The notes below the pieces were generated by a model. The model had not been told where the DNA came from. It did no database searches and saw only the letters and a program-made list of their open reading frames with translations. 64,000 nt of DNA from Rubripirellula sp. (GTDB taxonomy: Bacteria; Planctomycetota; Planctomycetia; Pirellulales; Pirellulaceae), in assembly GCA_965216875.1 (NCBI GenBank), contig OZ244207.1, positions 2,528,001 through 2,592,000 on the forward strand. Reading direction: 5' to 3'. Within the stretch, counting starts at the first letter, position 1. Each line of letters opens with the position of its first letter. This document shows positions 9,704-19,932 of the stretch, one piece after another. A program made the position numbers and the translations under genes.

Positions 9704-10176
9704 ATCGGTCCCCAGAAGAAGATGGACATGAAAATGGGGGACAAAAAGATGGGGGATGGCACGAACGCGTAGTGAGATGATCGGCAAAAAGATTGGTGGC
9801 AGAAAAATGAGGGATGTCTGCTTGTCCCCAACCTTCCCCAATCGGTTCCCAGAAGATGGACAGAAAAATGGGGGACAAAAGATGAGGGATGGCACGAATG
9901 CGTAGTGAGATGATCGGCAAAAAGATTGGTGGCAGAAAAATGAGGGATGTCTGCTTGGCTTCATAGTGCCAGAACCGATCAGCACCCTTTTTCTGCCCTC
10001 CATCTTTCTGCCTCATCTTCCCCAGACAAACAAACCGCCCTGGGGACAGAGCACCAGCCGGAATTGGTCCAACCATTTTTCTGCCCCTCCATTTTTCTGT
10101 CTCATCTTCCCCCGACTCCTGCAAACCGCGTGGAGAAAACAATCCGCGCGGGCAATCCGCGCGGGGACAGAGCACC
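9704..10176. repeat. Purine-rich repeat cluster: ~135-bp tandem duplication plus inverted copies
   Basis: 9704-9824 and 9841-9957 are near-identical and built from GRCAGAAAAATG-like submotifs. Reverse-complement copies (TTTTTCTGCCC..CCAT.TTTCTG.C) occur at ~9987 and ~10075, each followed later by GGGGACAGAGCACC. Confidence 0.85.
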
Positions 10177-10330
10177 GACGCGATACGGCTGTGGAGCTAG
10201 GTTTTCCCTTGTGCCGTTTGCGTCGCGTTTTGCTTGCGGCCCACCTACTCATTTTGCCCGAGATGGGACATAATCCTCGGTTTTTCCCAGCTTTGCTGGG
10301 CGATGTCGACTCTGCACCGGATCGCGACGC

Positions 10331-11815
10331 ATGACTGACCAGAAAATCGGGGACTTGGGCGTCACCTTTGACGACGTCTTGCTTCAGCCGCGTTACAGCG
10401 AGGTTGTTCCAAGTGAGGTGGACGTCTCTAGCCGCCTGACCGATCGCATTACTCTGCAAATCCCGCTGATTTCGAGCCCGATGGACACGGTGACGGAATC
10501 AGAAATGGCGATCGCCCTGGCCAAAGAAGGTGGTCTGGGGATTGTCCACAAGAACTTGTCGGTCAAGAGCCAGACCGAGCAGGTCCTGAAGGTCAAACGC
10601 TCAGCCAACGGCATCATCGTCGATCCAGTGACGCTGCCCCCGGATGAACGCGTCGGCCGAGCTGCCGAGTTGATGGACCAAGCCAACGTCTCGGGGATCC
10701 CGATCGTCAACCAGGACCACACCCTCGCTGGAATCCTCACGCGACGCGACCTGCGATTCCTAGAAGACCCAAACCTCCCAATTTCCAACGTGATGACGCG
10801 TGAGAACTTGGTGACGGCTGTAGGGACTGTAACGCTTGAGGAAGCTGAGCGGATTTTAACGGCAAAAAGGGTCGAGAAACTTTTGCTGGTTGACGAAAAT
10901 AGAAAACTAACGGGACTGATCACGATCCGTGACATCGACATGATGAAGCGGTTCCCCCGTGCTTGCAAAGATCCGCAGGGAAGATTGCGGGTCGGAGCGG
11001 CGATTGGCGTCGGCGATTTTGAGCGAGCCGAAAGCCTGATCGGCCAAGGCGTCGATCTGCTGGTCGTCGACTCGGCACACGGGCACAGCAAGAACGTGAT
11101 CGAGACCGTTCGAGAGATAAAACAACAAAGAAACTGGGACATCGATGTCATCGCCGGGAATGTGGCGACGGCTGATGGAGCACGCGACTTGATCGAAGCG
11201 GGGGCTGACGCGGTCAAGGTCGGAATCGGGCCAGGCTCGATTTGCACGACACGCGTGATCAGCGGGATCGGTGTTCCGCAGGTAACGGCGATCCTCGAAG
11301 CGGTCTCTGTTGCTGAACAACGAAACATACCTGTGATCGCTGACGGTGGAATCCGTTTCAGCGGTGACATAACCAAGGCTCTCGCAGCCGGTGCAAGTAC
11401 GGTGATGATTGGCAGCCTCTTCGCAGGCCTGACCGAAAGTCCCGGAAAGCTGATCCTTTACCAAGGACGGACGTTCAAGTCCTACCGCGGCATGGGATCG
11501 ATGGGTGCGATGGTCAAGGGAAGTAGCGATCGGTACCGGCAAAAAGATGCCTCAGCGGACAAGCTTGTTCCTGAAGGTGTCGAAGGTCGTGTGCCGTTTA
11601 AAGGTCCGCTCGGCGACTACGTCTATCAGTTGGTAGGCGGTCTCAGGGCAGGCATGGGCTACGTGGGTACAAGGACGATCGAGGAACTGCGACGTGATGC
11701 GAAATTCATTCGCGTCTCGGCTGCAACGGTTAGGGAGAACCACCCGCATGACATTGCGATCACTCAAGAAGCGCCGAACTACAGCCCGGATGTTCAAACG
11801 GGGGACTCTGTTTAG
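10331..11815 (+). CDS. guaB: IMP dehydrogenase
   Basis: [19 protein letters not shown] pair, catalytic [26 protein letters not shown]. Confidence 0.98.
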   Translation: MTDQKIGDLGVTFDDVLLQPRYSEVVPSEVDVSSRLTDRITLQIPLISSPMDTVTESEMAIALAKEGGLGIVHKNLSVKSQTEQVLKVKRSANGIIVDPVTLPPDERVGRAAELMDQANVSGIPIVNQDHTLAGILTRRDLRFLEDPNLPISNVMTRENLVTAVGTVTLEEAERILTAKRVEKLLLVDENRKLTGLITIRDIDMMKRFPRACKDPQGRLRVGAAIGVGDFERAESLIGQGVDLLVVDSAHGHSKNVIETVREIKQQRNWDIDVIAGNVATADGARDLIEAGADAVKVGIGPGSICTTRVISGIGVPQVTAILEAVSVAEQRNIPVIADGGIRFSGDITKALAAGASTVMIGSLFAGLTESPGKLILYQGRTFKSYRGMGSMGAMVKGSSDRYRQKDASADKLVPEGVEGRVPFKGPLGDYVYQLVGGLRAGMGYVGTRTIEELRRDAKFIRVSAATVRENHPHDIAITQEAPNYSPDVQTGDSV

Positions 11816-13364
11816 TTTGGTCCTTTGTGGCACCGGCTTGATGACTCTTTCGGCCGGCGCCCAATCGCCATATTCCACTCAGTCCAACCAGGCGCAGCAG
11901 TACTCTCGCCAACGCGCGACTGCTGCTCACTATCAACCCGCTGGACAATTGCGTCCTGTGCCGAGCATGGGCTCGCGGCACGTTGCCCCCAAACCAGCTC
12001 ACAATCCAACCCACAGCGGTTGGAACTTGAAATGGGGGCGTCCCGCCAAGCAGGTCGTCTCTGCTCCTGAGCCTGTCAGCCGTCGTCCGCTGCCTCAGCA
12101 ACCAAATGAAATCGCTCGGGTCTCGCACAGCGAACCGATTCGCGTTGCCGAACCGCAGGCTGTTCAACCGGCGGCATGGATTCAACCTCAGACCGGCACG
12201 CTCGAGTTGCCAGCTGACTTGAACGCTTCCCCTGCGGCGGCTGAACCGAATGGAGGTTTCTTTAACCCATCGAATCCGTTTGGGAATCCTCAAGCCGCTG
12301 CGCAAAATGCACCAGCCGAGCAGCTCGAAGCACCCGCGATCCAACCGGCTCAAACCGATCAGCTGGGCAACCAACTTCGCGACGAAGCGAACACCTTTGA
12401 CCTTCCGGCACCGAATCAAGAAACGGAAGTCTTGCCCGAACCGGCTCCTTCCCAACCTGAACCGGCTCAAACGGTCGAAGAAGGACCCGAGAATGCCGAC
12501 AGCAATCGCTCGCTTCGCGATTTGCTTCAACAAGAATCGCCCTCGGACAACCTTGGCGGCGATCCCGAAGTCATGCGTCCGGAAACCGGCGACGAATTTG
12601 GTAACCCGTTTGACACGCTTCGACCTGGTGCTGGCGATGACGCCACAGGGCCAGGCGAACGCAAGACGCCCTACAAGACTCGATCGATCACCTGCGAAGA
12701 CTTTCGCGAGCGAATTGCACGTGACAAGATCACGATGCTTTCCCTCGACCCAAGTCCACCGTTTCGCCCCGACGTGATTGACGAAGCAGAATTCGAAAAA
12801 CTCAAAGGCGAGTTCGATGATCGCCAAGTGATTCGGACCTGGCGCAACCCCGAAGGCCGAGAGCTTGCCAGTGGACGGCTTCGCGATCTTGCCTACGAAC
12901 GTGTGCTGGTCGAGACCGAATATGGCTCCATCGAAGAACTACCGATGGACTCGCTAAGTGAGGCCGATCTGGAATACTTGTCATCCAACTGGGGTCTGCC
13001 CAAGCAGTGCTTGCTCGAACAGGTTGCGTTCCAACCGCGCAACTGGGCGGCAACCACCATGACTTGGAAGGCATCCGACCTTTGCCACAAGCCGTTGTAC
13101 TTTGAACAGGTCAACTTGGAACGTTACGGTCACACCGCTGGCCCCGTTTTGCAACCTGCGGTTTCGTCGGCACACTTCTTTCTTAGTGTGATCGTCCTAC
13201 CGTACAAGATGGGCGTGCACACACCGGTTGAGTGCCAATACGCACTCGGCTACTACCGACCGGGTGACTGTGCACCATGGATTGTTCCACCTGTGCCAAT
13301 CAGCTTGCGTGGCGGTCTTTCGCAGGCCGCGGCCACAACCGGTTTGTTCTGGCTGGTGCCGTAG
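11790..13364 (+). CDS. Secreted planctomycete-specific protein: P/Q/E-rich low-complexity region, SHD1-like domain, conserved Cys-containing C-terminal domain
   Basis: Signal peptide from ATG 11790 (26-nt overlap with guaB); SHD1-like RTW...G....GRL...[15 protein letters not shown]-terminal [23 protein letters not shown]...LGYYRPG.CAP. Confidence 0.75.
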   Translation: MFKRGTLFSLVLCGTGLMTLSAGAQSPYSTQSNQAQQYSRQRATAAHYQPAGQLRPVPSMGSRHVAPKPAHNPTHSGWNLKWGRPAKQVVSAPEPVSRRPLPQQPNEIARVSHSEPIRVAEPQAVQPAAWIQPQTGTLELPADLNASPAAAEPNGGFFNPSNPFGNPQAAAQNAPAEQLEAPAIQPAQTDQLGNQLRDEANTFDLPAPNQETEVLPEPAPSQPEPAQTVEEGPENADSNRSLRDLLQQESPSDNLGGDPEVMRPETGDEFGNPFDTLRPGAGDDATGPGERKTPYKTRSITCEDFRERIARDKITMLSLDPSPPFRPDVIDEAEFEKLKGEFDDRQVIRTWRNPEGRELASGRLRDLAYERVLVETEYGSIEELPMDSLSEADLEYLSSNWGLPKQCLLEQVAFQPRNWAATTMTWKASDLCHKPLYFEQVNLERYGHTAGPVLQPAVSSAHFFLSVIVLPYKMGVHTPVECQYALGYYRPGDCAPWIVPPVPISLRGGLSQAAATTGLFWLVP

Positions 13365-13457
13365 GGCGAGCTTGATCGCCGGTCAGTAGCGCCGCGGATT
13401 GGAGTTGCTGTGCCCTGAGGTGAATTGCTTGCCCCGGTTAACGCGTGCTCCAAAAAT

Positions 13458-13566
13458 CACCCTCCCGCTTGCGGGAGGGTCGGACGCAAAGTCCGGGGAG
13501 GGCACGCTCTCTGCAAGTAACCAACCCTCTCCGGGCCTTAGAGCCCGACTCTCCCAAGGGTGAGTG
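13458..13566. repeat. REP-like palindromic element
   Basis: CCCTCCCGCTTGCGGGAGGG hairpin, then CCGGGGAGGG..CCCTCTCCGG and ACTCTCCCAAGGGTGAGT; lies between convergent genes. Confidence 0.65.
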
Positions 13567-13635
13567 TTGAAATGTGCAGTTTCGAACTGCCTAGTGGAAA
13601 GGCAATAACAACCTGAAACACTTGCGCCGCGCCGC

Positions 13636-14784
13636 TCACGATGCGTCACCACCGTAGAACTCTTCGGCAATGCGTTGAAGATGAAAGCTCAGCCATGGCT
13701 GGCAGGTATAGACACCGTGACCAGCCAATTTGCGGTTGAGATGTTTGGGGTCGTCGGGATAGTCGACCAACAGGGTCTTGCCTTCTTTGGCGATACGATT
13801 GCCGAACCAATAGTTCCGCTTGAACTTCAAGGGACTGATGCGTGGTTCAAAAAGCCGGCGCAGCCAACGTTCTGATCGGCGACTTGGTAGCGCAAGGAGC
13901 GGATGTGGGAAATCGGTTCCGTTGATCCCGACATGCTGAACGTAATCGCCAGCATCCGCCTGCAGTACTTCGCAAGCTTGTCGTGGAATCACCGCCGCGG
14001 TCGGCCGCTCTTGATCGACAGTTCGATGTTGCACCACGTGCAGCAGCTTACTGACGACGCGACGGTTCCAGCCATAACGTAGCGGCGTTCCCATGGTCAC
14101 GACATCGATCCTGGGAAGCCGCCGTGTCCGATCGGGGTCTTCCAACGCCGCTTCCACTCGCTGCCACATCGCACGCTGTTCGCTATGAAAGTGCGGCCGC
14201 ATCGCTCGACAGAAAATACGCTTGCCAACCGGCCCTGCGCCGAGCATCGACGTGACCATGGCGATGACGTTGCCGCCATGGCTGTGAGCCATTAGCAACA
14301 AGCGTTCATCAGGCGTCCATTCGCTCTGAAAGAACTGGTCGAGCAAAATCACTGCCGCATGCGCTCGCCCCAGGTGATGATTCTCGCCGGACCAATGAAA
14401 CCGGCCGACTGTGACGGGCGTGCTCTCACTTGGGCTCGCATTGACGATCTGCCCGAGGTTTTCGGCATACTGCTCAGTGAAGTTACCGACTTGCCCAGCC
14501 ACCTGATCAACAACCGACTTGCCGATTTGCCGAAAGACTTCGGCGAGCGATGGCGAAACCCAGCCGATGCGTCGCATCCAGCCCAGGCCGTCGTCGCCCG
14601 CGAAGGTGCCATGCAACAGAAACACGTGGCGAACGTTGGCATTGTGAAAACGCTTCGAGATCTCGGTGGCCATTTCGAGCGGCGTCTCTTGCGCCGCGGC
14701 CTGTGACGAATTCACGAACGCACATTCCCCCTCGTCGGGCTCGGCGCAAAACTCGTGGTGGTCAAAGGGCAACTGTTCCTGCAT
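13636..14784 (-). CDS. Alpha/beta-hydrolase, soluble paralog of 1952..3505
   Basis: LLHGTF, FHWSGEN, AHSHGG, TMGTP, likely His in GHGVY. Start uncertain (14784 or 14823). Confidence 0.72.
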   Translation of the reverse strand: MQEQLPFDHHEFCAEPDEGECAFVNSSQAAAQETPLEMATEISKRFHNANVRHVFLLHGTFAGDDGLGWMRRIGWVSPSLAEVFRQIGKSVVDQVAGQVGNFTEQYAENLGQIVNASPSESTPVTVGRFHWSGENHHLGRAHAAVILLDQFFQSEWTPDERLLLMAHSHGGNVIAMVTSMLGAGPVGKRIFCRAMRPHFHSEQRAMWQRVEAALEDPDRTRRLPRIDVVTMGTPLRYGWNRRVVSKLLHVVQHRTVDQERPTAAVIPRQACEVLQADAGDYVQHVGINGTDFPHPLLALPSRRSERWLRRLFEPRISPLKFKRNYWFGNRIAKEGKTLLVDYPDDPKHLNRKLAGHGVYTCQPWLSFHLQRIAEEFYGGDAS

Positions 14785-14885
14785 CGTCGGCGCATTATCT
14801 TCGCCGCCTCCTCGCCACGTCAAATCGTTACACTTGGTAACTCTGTTTTCAGTTTGCCACTCACGTCACACGGTCAGGATTTCCC

Positions 14886-16187
14886 ATGCGTTTGTTCAGC
14901 ACTCTGTTTCTCGTCCTTGGCGTGCTGGTTGGCTCGACAACAGCCGAGCCTAATCCGGACGTTGCGACGTGGCTTGACGCCGAATTGTCGACCTTGCTGG
15001 AAACCTATCAATGGTTACACACGCACCCAGAGCTTTCGTTCCAAGAAGAGGAAACGGCAAAGCACGTTGCAGAGCACTTCCGAAGCGACGGGTTTGAAGT
15101 CTCCGAGAAGGTTGGCGGGCACGGCGTCGTCGGTCTGCTCCGCAATGGCCAGGGACCAACCCTGATGCTCCGCTGCGACTTGGACGCACTTCCCGTGACC
15201 GAGAAGACCCAATTGCCCTACGCGTCGACAAAGACAGTGCAGTTGCCCGGCGGCACATCAACCGGTGTCATGCACGCTTGTGGTCATGACTTACACATGA
15301 CGAATTTGATCGGCACAGCTCGATGCCTCTCGAAACTGCGTAGCCAATGGTCAGGCACACTGATCGTGATCGCTCAACCGGCCGAGGAGCGTGGTGCCGG
15401 CGCGCGGGCCATGCTTGACGATGGTTTGTTCACAAAATTCCCGAAGCCTGACTTTGCCGTCGCACTGCATGTCGCCAGCGACCAGCCGGCCGGTGAGGTC
15501 GCGGTGCTTGCCGGCTACGCCCTCGCCAACGTCGATAGTGTCGACATCACGGTGAAAGGTCGCGGCGGCCATGGCTCAGCGCCCCACACTGCGATTGATC
15601 CGATCGTTCAGGCAGCCGACCTGATCATGTCGCTGCAAACGATCGTCTCTCGTGAAGTCAAACCAATTGAACCGGCAGTCGTGACGGTCGGTTCCATTCA
15701 TGGCGGCACCAAACACAACATCATCAGCAACGAATGCAAGTTGCAAATCACCGTTCGCAGTTACGATGATGGCGTGCGGGCGCAAGTGATCGCTGCAATC
15801 AAACGCAAAGCAGCCGCGGTGGCCACCAGCCACAACGCTCCCGCGCCTGATGTTTCGGTGAGCGAAGGGACGCCCTCGCTCAAGAACGACGCGAAACTGA
15901 CCGAGCGTCTCGAGAAGGTTTTTCGAACCGCGATCGGCACGGAAAACGTTGTACACGCGGAGCCGTCGATGGGCGGCGAAGATTTCAGTCAGTATGGTCG
16001 CGCTGGCGTGCCAATTTTGATGTATCGCTTAGGAACCATTTCGAAACGGCGATTGCAACGGTTTGACGACCTCGGTGTGCCCGCACCGCCACTCCATAGC
16101 AGTCTGTATTACCCCGATGTCGAACCTTCGCTGCGAAGCGGTGTGCTGACGATGACCGCCGCTGCAATGGAACTGTTGCCAAAGTAG
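14886..16187 (+). CDS. M20 family amidohydrolase (hippurate hydrolase-like) with signal peptide
   Basis: HPELSFQE, RCDLDALP, MHACGHD, QPAEE, GRGGHGS.PH, MGGEDF, LHS; hydrophobic N-terminus. Confidence 0.93.
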   Translation: MRLFSTLFLVLGVLVGSTTAEPNPDVATWLDAELSTLLETYQWLHTHPELSFQEEETAKHVAEHFRSDGFEVSEKVGGHGVVGLLRNGQGPTLMLRCDLDALPVTEKTQLPYASTKTVQLPGGTSTGVMHACGHDLHMTNLIGTARCLSKLRSQWSGTLIVIAQPAEERGAGARAMLDDGLFTKFPKPDFAVALHVASDQPAGEVAVLAGYALANVDSVDITVKGRGGHGSAPHTAIDPIVQAADLIMSLQTIVSREVKPIEPAVVTVGSIHGGTKHNIISNECKLQITVRSYDDGVRAQVIAAIKRKAAAVATSHNAPAPDVSVSEGTPSLKNDAKLTERLEKVFRTAIGTENVVHAEPSMGGEDFSQYGRAGVPILMYRLGTISKRRLQRFDDLGVPAPPLHSSLYYPDVEPSLRSGVLTMTAAAMELLPK

Positions 16188-16232
16188 CGGAGCGAGTGCA
16201 ACGTCAGAACAAGGCGTCGGGATCGACGATCA

Positions 16233-16296
16233 GTTTGTAGTACCGAGCTTTGGCCGGAATCTTCACACTCATCCGCCTGAAGGCGGGACTACAAAC
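16233..16296. repeat. GTAG-type REP doublet
   Basis: GTTTGTAGTACCGAGCTT..GGAATC..CCGCCTGAAGGCGGGACTACAAAC; same family at 3702 and 50507 (reverse). Confidence 0.8.
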
Positions 16297-16398
16297 GGGA
16301 TGATCGAGCTGGTGGCAGCACCTGTGAACCCAAATTCGACACGGCTTGTCTCAGCCTCAAAATAGAAGAGACGAAATCGATACAGACAAAAGGGCCCG

Positions 16399-16686
16399 AT
16401 GAACATGGCCGAAAAAGCTTGCGAACTCTGCGGACGCGTGACGCGCCGAGGGACGACCGAACACCATCTCATCCCGCGCACATGTCACTCGAACAAGTGG
16501 TTCAAGAAACGGTACAGCCGTGAGCAGATGAACGAAACCGTTTCGCTATGTCTCGATTGCCACGGATCGATCCACAAGTTCATTCCGAGTGAAAAAGAAC
16601 TCGGACGCTACTACAACACGCTCGAAGCACTGCGAGAACACGAACAATTGGGAAGGTTCGTCGAATGGGTGAGACGGCGGCGTTAG
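16399..16686 (+). CDS. Small HNH-like zinc-binding nuclease (YisB/HlpB-like)
   Basis: CELC...EHHLIP...LCLDCHGSIH pattern in 95 aa. Confidence 0.8.
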   Translation: MNMAEKACELCGRVTRRGTTEHHLIPRTCHSNKWFKKRYSREQMNETVSLCLDCHGSIHKFIPSEKELGRYYNTLEALREHEQLGRFVEWVRRRR

Positions 16687-16889
16687 TGCTACGGATTGCA
16701 ATTGCGCTTCCACCAGCAGACATCCTTGCCCAAGCTCACACAACGGAGCCGCGATCGCGTAACCGGCCGGGCCTTGATCGCCTTCACGCTCGCTGCGCGC
16801 CGGCAAGGGCCCGAAGCCTGACGGCCAGCGGCTCACGGGCACTGCCCAAGAAGTTGCTCTGGTGGCACCGAGATCGCAATCCGTAGCAC
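16686..16889. mobile_element. Putative MITE with 14-bp terminal inverted repeats, flanked by TA
   Basis: TA-GTGCTACGGATTGC ... GCAATCCGTAGCAC-TA; perfect inverted repeat over 16684-16699 and 16876-16891; no coding capacity. Confidence 0.6.
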
Positions 16890-16940
16890 TAGGCTTCAAA
16901 TCCGAAGCCCCCACTTGCGTTCCAATCGGCGGCCCAAGAA

Positions 16941-17831
16941 TCACTCTAACAATTCCTGACGAAGTCGATCGATTTCGCCCGCACTCAAACCGAGGCCGTC
17001 GAGCAGGAATTGCTCGATCGAACCGTACTTGGTTTTGATTTCATCGAGTGCCGCATCAATGTATTCGCCTTCGAGTACGTAGAACGCGTTGAAATTGGTC
17101 ATGTCCACTTGGTCTGCCGCAATGCCCTGTTTCTCAGCCGCGAGTTTTCGAAACTGGGTGAGCCGCTTTTCGACTTCTTCTTTGCGGTAGACGTTCGAAA
17201 GCAGGTAATCTTCGCGGACCGATTCCCAGGGCACACCCAGCGCAGAGAGCAGAATGGCGGCGCCGGTCCCGGTGCGATGGACTCCGTGCGAACAATGAAA
17301 TGCGAGCGGTCGGTTCGTCGGATCGGCGATCATGCGCAACAGCTTCGCGTACTCAGCCCTCGCGGTTTGATCCGTAATCAACAACCGATGGATTTTCGAA
17401 TTGATATCGGGTGGAATGCTGCTGAAGTCGGCGGACTTGCGAGCTTCGACGATCTGTTGTGCCAGGTTGCCAACATCGCTTTCGATGGGACGGTGCACTT
17501 GGCGTACACCGTCCGGCAATCGGTCGGGGCCGTGGTACTCGATTTCGGTGTCGGTGAGGAAGTTTACGACGCTTCGTAGCTCGAGTTTTTCGAGCCGCTT
17601 CACATCCTTGTCGGTCAATTTGGGCAGCTCACCCGTGCGAAACACTTCGCCCCACTTCACGCTGCGCCCATCGACGGTTTTGTAGCCGCCGAGGTCACGA
17701 AAGTTGGGCTGGCCTTGCAGTTCAACATGCCGTAGATCATGAGCCCCCTCCTGCGCCAGGCACGTGTTCGAATTCGAGACCGTCCCCACGAAAATTGCAA
17801 GAACTAAGAGATGAAGCATTCGAATCGTCAT
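16941..17831 (-). CDS. Exported tyrosine/dual-specificity phosphatase (MptpB/IphP-like family)
   Basis: Signal peptide; NFRDLGGY, P-loop HCSHGVHRTG, DYLLSN. Start trimmed to ATG 17831 (the longer ORF overlaps surE). Confidence 0.88.
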   Translation of the reverse strand: MTIRMLHLLVLAIFVGTVSNSNTCLAQEGAHDLRHVELQGQPNFRDLGGYKTVDGRSVKWGEVFRTGELPKLTDKDVKRLEKLELRSVVNFLTDTEIEYHGPDRLPDGVRQVHRPIESDVGNLAQQIVEARKSADFSSIPPDINSKIHRLLITDQTARAEYAKLLRMIADPTNRPLAFHCSHGVHRTGTGAAILLSALGVPWESVREDYLLSNVYRKEEVEKRLTQFRKLAAEKQGIAADQVDMTNFNAFYVLEGEYIDAALDEIKTKYGSIEQFLLDGLGLSAGEIDRLRQELLE

Positions 17832-17844
17832 GGGGCTCCCCCGT

Positions 17845-18555
17845 TCAAAGGTGCGGTTTGATCTCACTGATGGTGATCGCACCGCCAAAGCAATGGTGTA
17901 CATCGCTGCCGTCGGCACGTGGTCGTGCATGAAAGTCGTAATCGAGACTGACTTCTTTGCTGGCGAACGTTGCTTGACGCTTGTGCGGCGTATGATCGAC
18001 TTCACAGCGAACGACTTGAGGGACACGATCGCTCGGGACAACGGCAGGCAGGTTCGTGTTCCACAAAATCGCTTGGCCGTTGTTGGTCGAGATCGCGTCG
18101 CGGAATTCGTGAAGCGTACCTTCCATCCAAGCGGGCACGTGGTCCCAATCGTGTGGAACGTCGGGACGGCGATAGTGCGACACCGCCATTGCCGGAACGC
18201 CTTCAATCGACGCCTCGCGCGCTGCCGCAAACGTTCCGCTGACCAACAGATCGATGCCTAGGTTCGCACCTGCATTGACTCCCGACAGTACGGCACAAGC
18301 GTCACCGGCGAACGTCGAAAGACCGACGCGCACGCAATCGACCGGCGTCCCTTTGACAGAGTACCAACCTGGCTTGACGGTCTTCCATTTGTAGGGCCCG
18401 GACGAAACACTGTGACCGCATTCGCTTCGACAGCGATCGGGCGCGACGACGATGACCTCCACCCGGTCGCCAAAAACGGTTTGAACCGTCTGCCAGAGCG
18501 CCTCGAGCCCGGGCGCGTCGACACCATCGTCATTGGTAAGCAACAGTCGTTTCAT
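17845..18555 (-). CDS. surE: 5'/3'-nucleotidase SurE
   Basis: LLTNDDG, GTPVDCV, SGVNAGANLG, SGT..AA.E; ATG overlaps upstream TGA (TGATG). Confidence 0.93.
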   Translation of the reverse strand: MKRLLLTNDDGVDAPGLEALWQTVQTVFGDRVEVIVVAPDRCRSECGHSVSSGPYKWKTVKPGWYSVKGTPVDCVRVGLSTFAGDACAVLSGVNAGANLGIDLLVSGTFAAAREASIEGVPAMAVSHYRRPDVPHDWDHVPAWMEGTLHEFRDAISTNNGQAILWNTNLPAVVPSDRVPQVVRCEVDHTPHKRQATFASKEVSLDYDFHARPRADGSDVHHCFGGAITISEIKPHL

Positions 18556-19640
18556 CAAGGAGCCGTTTGGTCGTGTAATCGAATCAGGGCGTTCGCTAAG
18601 TGTTCGTATTGTTGTTCGTTGCAAAGGAGTGCGCGTTGGTCGAGCACAAACAGCCGCTCACCGTTCCTGGCGCTCCGATCAAGTGACATCGGTTTACGGC
18701 ATCGTCGCTGACTCACACGGCTATGATCGCGAAGCCCGACACCGATCGGCAAGTCAAATTCGCTAGCGGCTGAGACGATCCGATCTCGATGATCACCCGA
18801 CTCAGCAAGCCATGCGAGCTTGTAAAATGTGGGCGTCGTCCCCTCAGCCGGAATGCTGAGCAGTTTCCAGGATGGTAGCTTGGGTTGAACGGTGTGCCGA
18901 ATGAATTCCGCGGTGCGATTCCGCGAGCCATTGATTTCGTCGAAAAGGTCGAGCTGGGGTAGCACCGCCGCTGCCTGAAGCGGCGACATGGCATAGACGT
19001 CGCCGGGGCGATCCATCAATGGACCGAGCCTGGCCGCCATCTTGTCGTCGCCCGCGACAATGACGCCGCCAGCTCCTGCGGTGATCGGCTTGCTGCCGCC
19101 AAAACTGAAAGTTGCGAAATGCCCGAACGTTCCGGCGCGTCGCTGCCCGATTTTCATCCCAGGCGTTTGGCAACCGTCTTCGATGAGGGTCCAGCCTCGA
19201 TCGTCGCACACTTGCCTGAGACGCGCGATCCCGGACGAGACCCCGAAGAGATGCGAGGCGATGACGGCGCGGACATTTTCGGAAGCGGAAAAAGAAAGTG
19301 AATCGGGATCGATCGTCAGACCATCTTCCCCCACATCGACCAAGACAGGCCTCGCCCCAAGTAGCTCCACCGACCTCAGACTAGCCGAATAGTCATACGC
19401 GGAAACGATCACTTCGTCGCCCGCGGACACCTTCGCGGCGCGAAGGGCCAGTTCAATCGCGGCTGACCCACTACTGCACAGGCGAAGCGATTGAGCCCCC
19501 AAAAAACGGCAAAACTCGGCCTCCAATTGCTCACAGACCGGGCTGTGGTAGCGCCCCCAATCGCCAGATTCGACGCATCGGCGAATCGAATCGGCGATTT
19601 CGGGCCATTCGGGGGGCCATTGGGGAGATTGGAAACTCAT
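18555..19640 (-). CDS. DegT/DnrJ/EryC1/StrS PLP-dependent aminotransferase
   Basis: SSGSAAI.LAL, GDEVI, LIED.CQ..G, SFGGSKPITAG.GG with PLP lysine. Confidence 0.88.
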   Translation of the reverse strand: MSFQSPQWPPEWPEIADSIRRCVESGDWGRYHSPVCEQLEAEFCRFLGAQSLRLCSSGSAAIELALRAAKVSAGDEVIVSAYDYSASLRSVELLGARPVLVDVGEDGLTIDPDSLSFSASENVRAVIASHLFGVSSGIARLRQVCDDRGWTLIEDGCQTPGMKIGQRRAGTFGHFATFSFGGSKPITAGAGGVIVAGDDKMAARLGPLMDRPGDVYAMSPLQAAAVLPQLDLFDEINGSRNRTAEFIRHTVQPKLPSWKLLSIPAEGTTPTFYKLAWLAESGDHRDRIVSAASEFDLPIGVGLRDHSRVSQRRCRKPMSLDRSARNGERLFVLDQRALLCNEQQYEHLANALIRLHDQTAP

Positions 19641-19932
19641 CGAGCAACTCTTGGAGGATGACAGCATTCCGAGACCACGATCGGGTGCCTGGGACAACCG
19701 GAGTCGGGGCGCCGGCAGCCTTTGGAACGGCCTCTCGCTGGAAATCGTTGAATCTGCTGGGCTTGTGACGTTTTTTTCGCTTCCATATCATGCCGCATTC
19801 AAGCCATTGGCCCTAGATGGGCCCAAGGACCGTTTCCCCCTCCCTTATCGGACTCCCGCAGGCTCCGAAAGGTCGGGAATTGGTCCGGCAAATTGATCGA
19901 CCCAAACGGCATCATCGCCAGGTAAATTCCCG

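Noticed and set aside
9704..9957. Tandem repeats as CRISPR, or the overlapping ORFs (9632..10334) as real genes
   Set aside because: The units duplicate entirely with no unique spacers. The ORFs are repeat-derived translations with no recognisable motifs.
16399..16686. HNH protein as a toxin, homing endonuclease or defence system
   Set aside because: It is stand-alone with no immunity gene, intron, methylase or other defence neighbours, and fits a widespread small HNH family.
17832..18230. N-terminal extensions in the ORF track (phosphatase, sensor kinase to 29502, AKR to 47161, ROK to 48236, mch to 63982)
   Set aside because: They overlap neighbouring genes or promoters. Downstream starts give signal peptides, coupled stops or family-typical N-termini.
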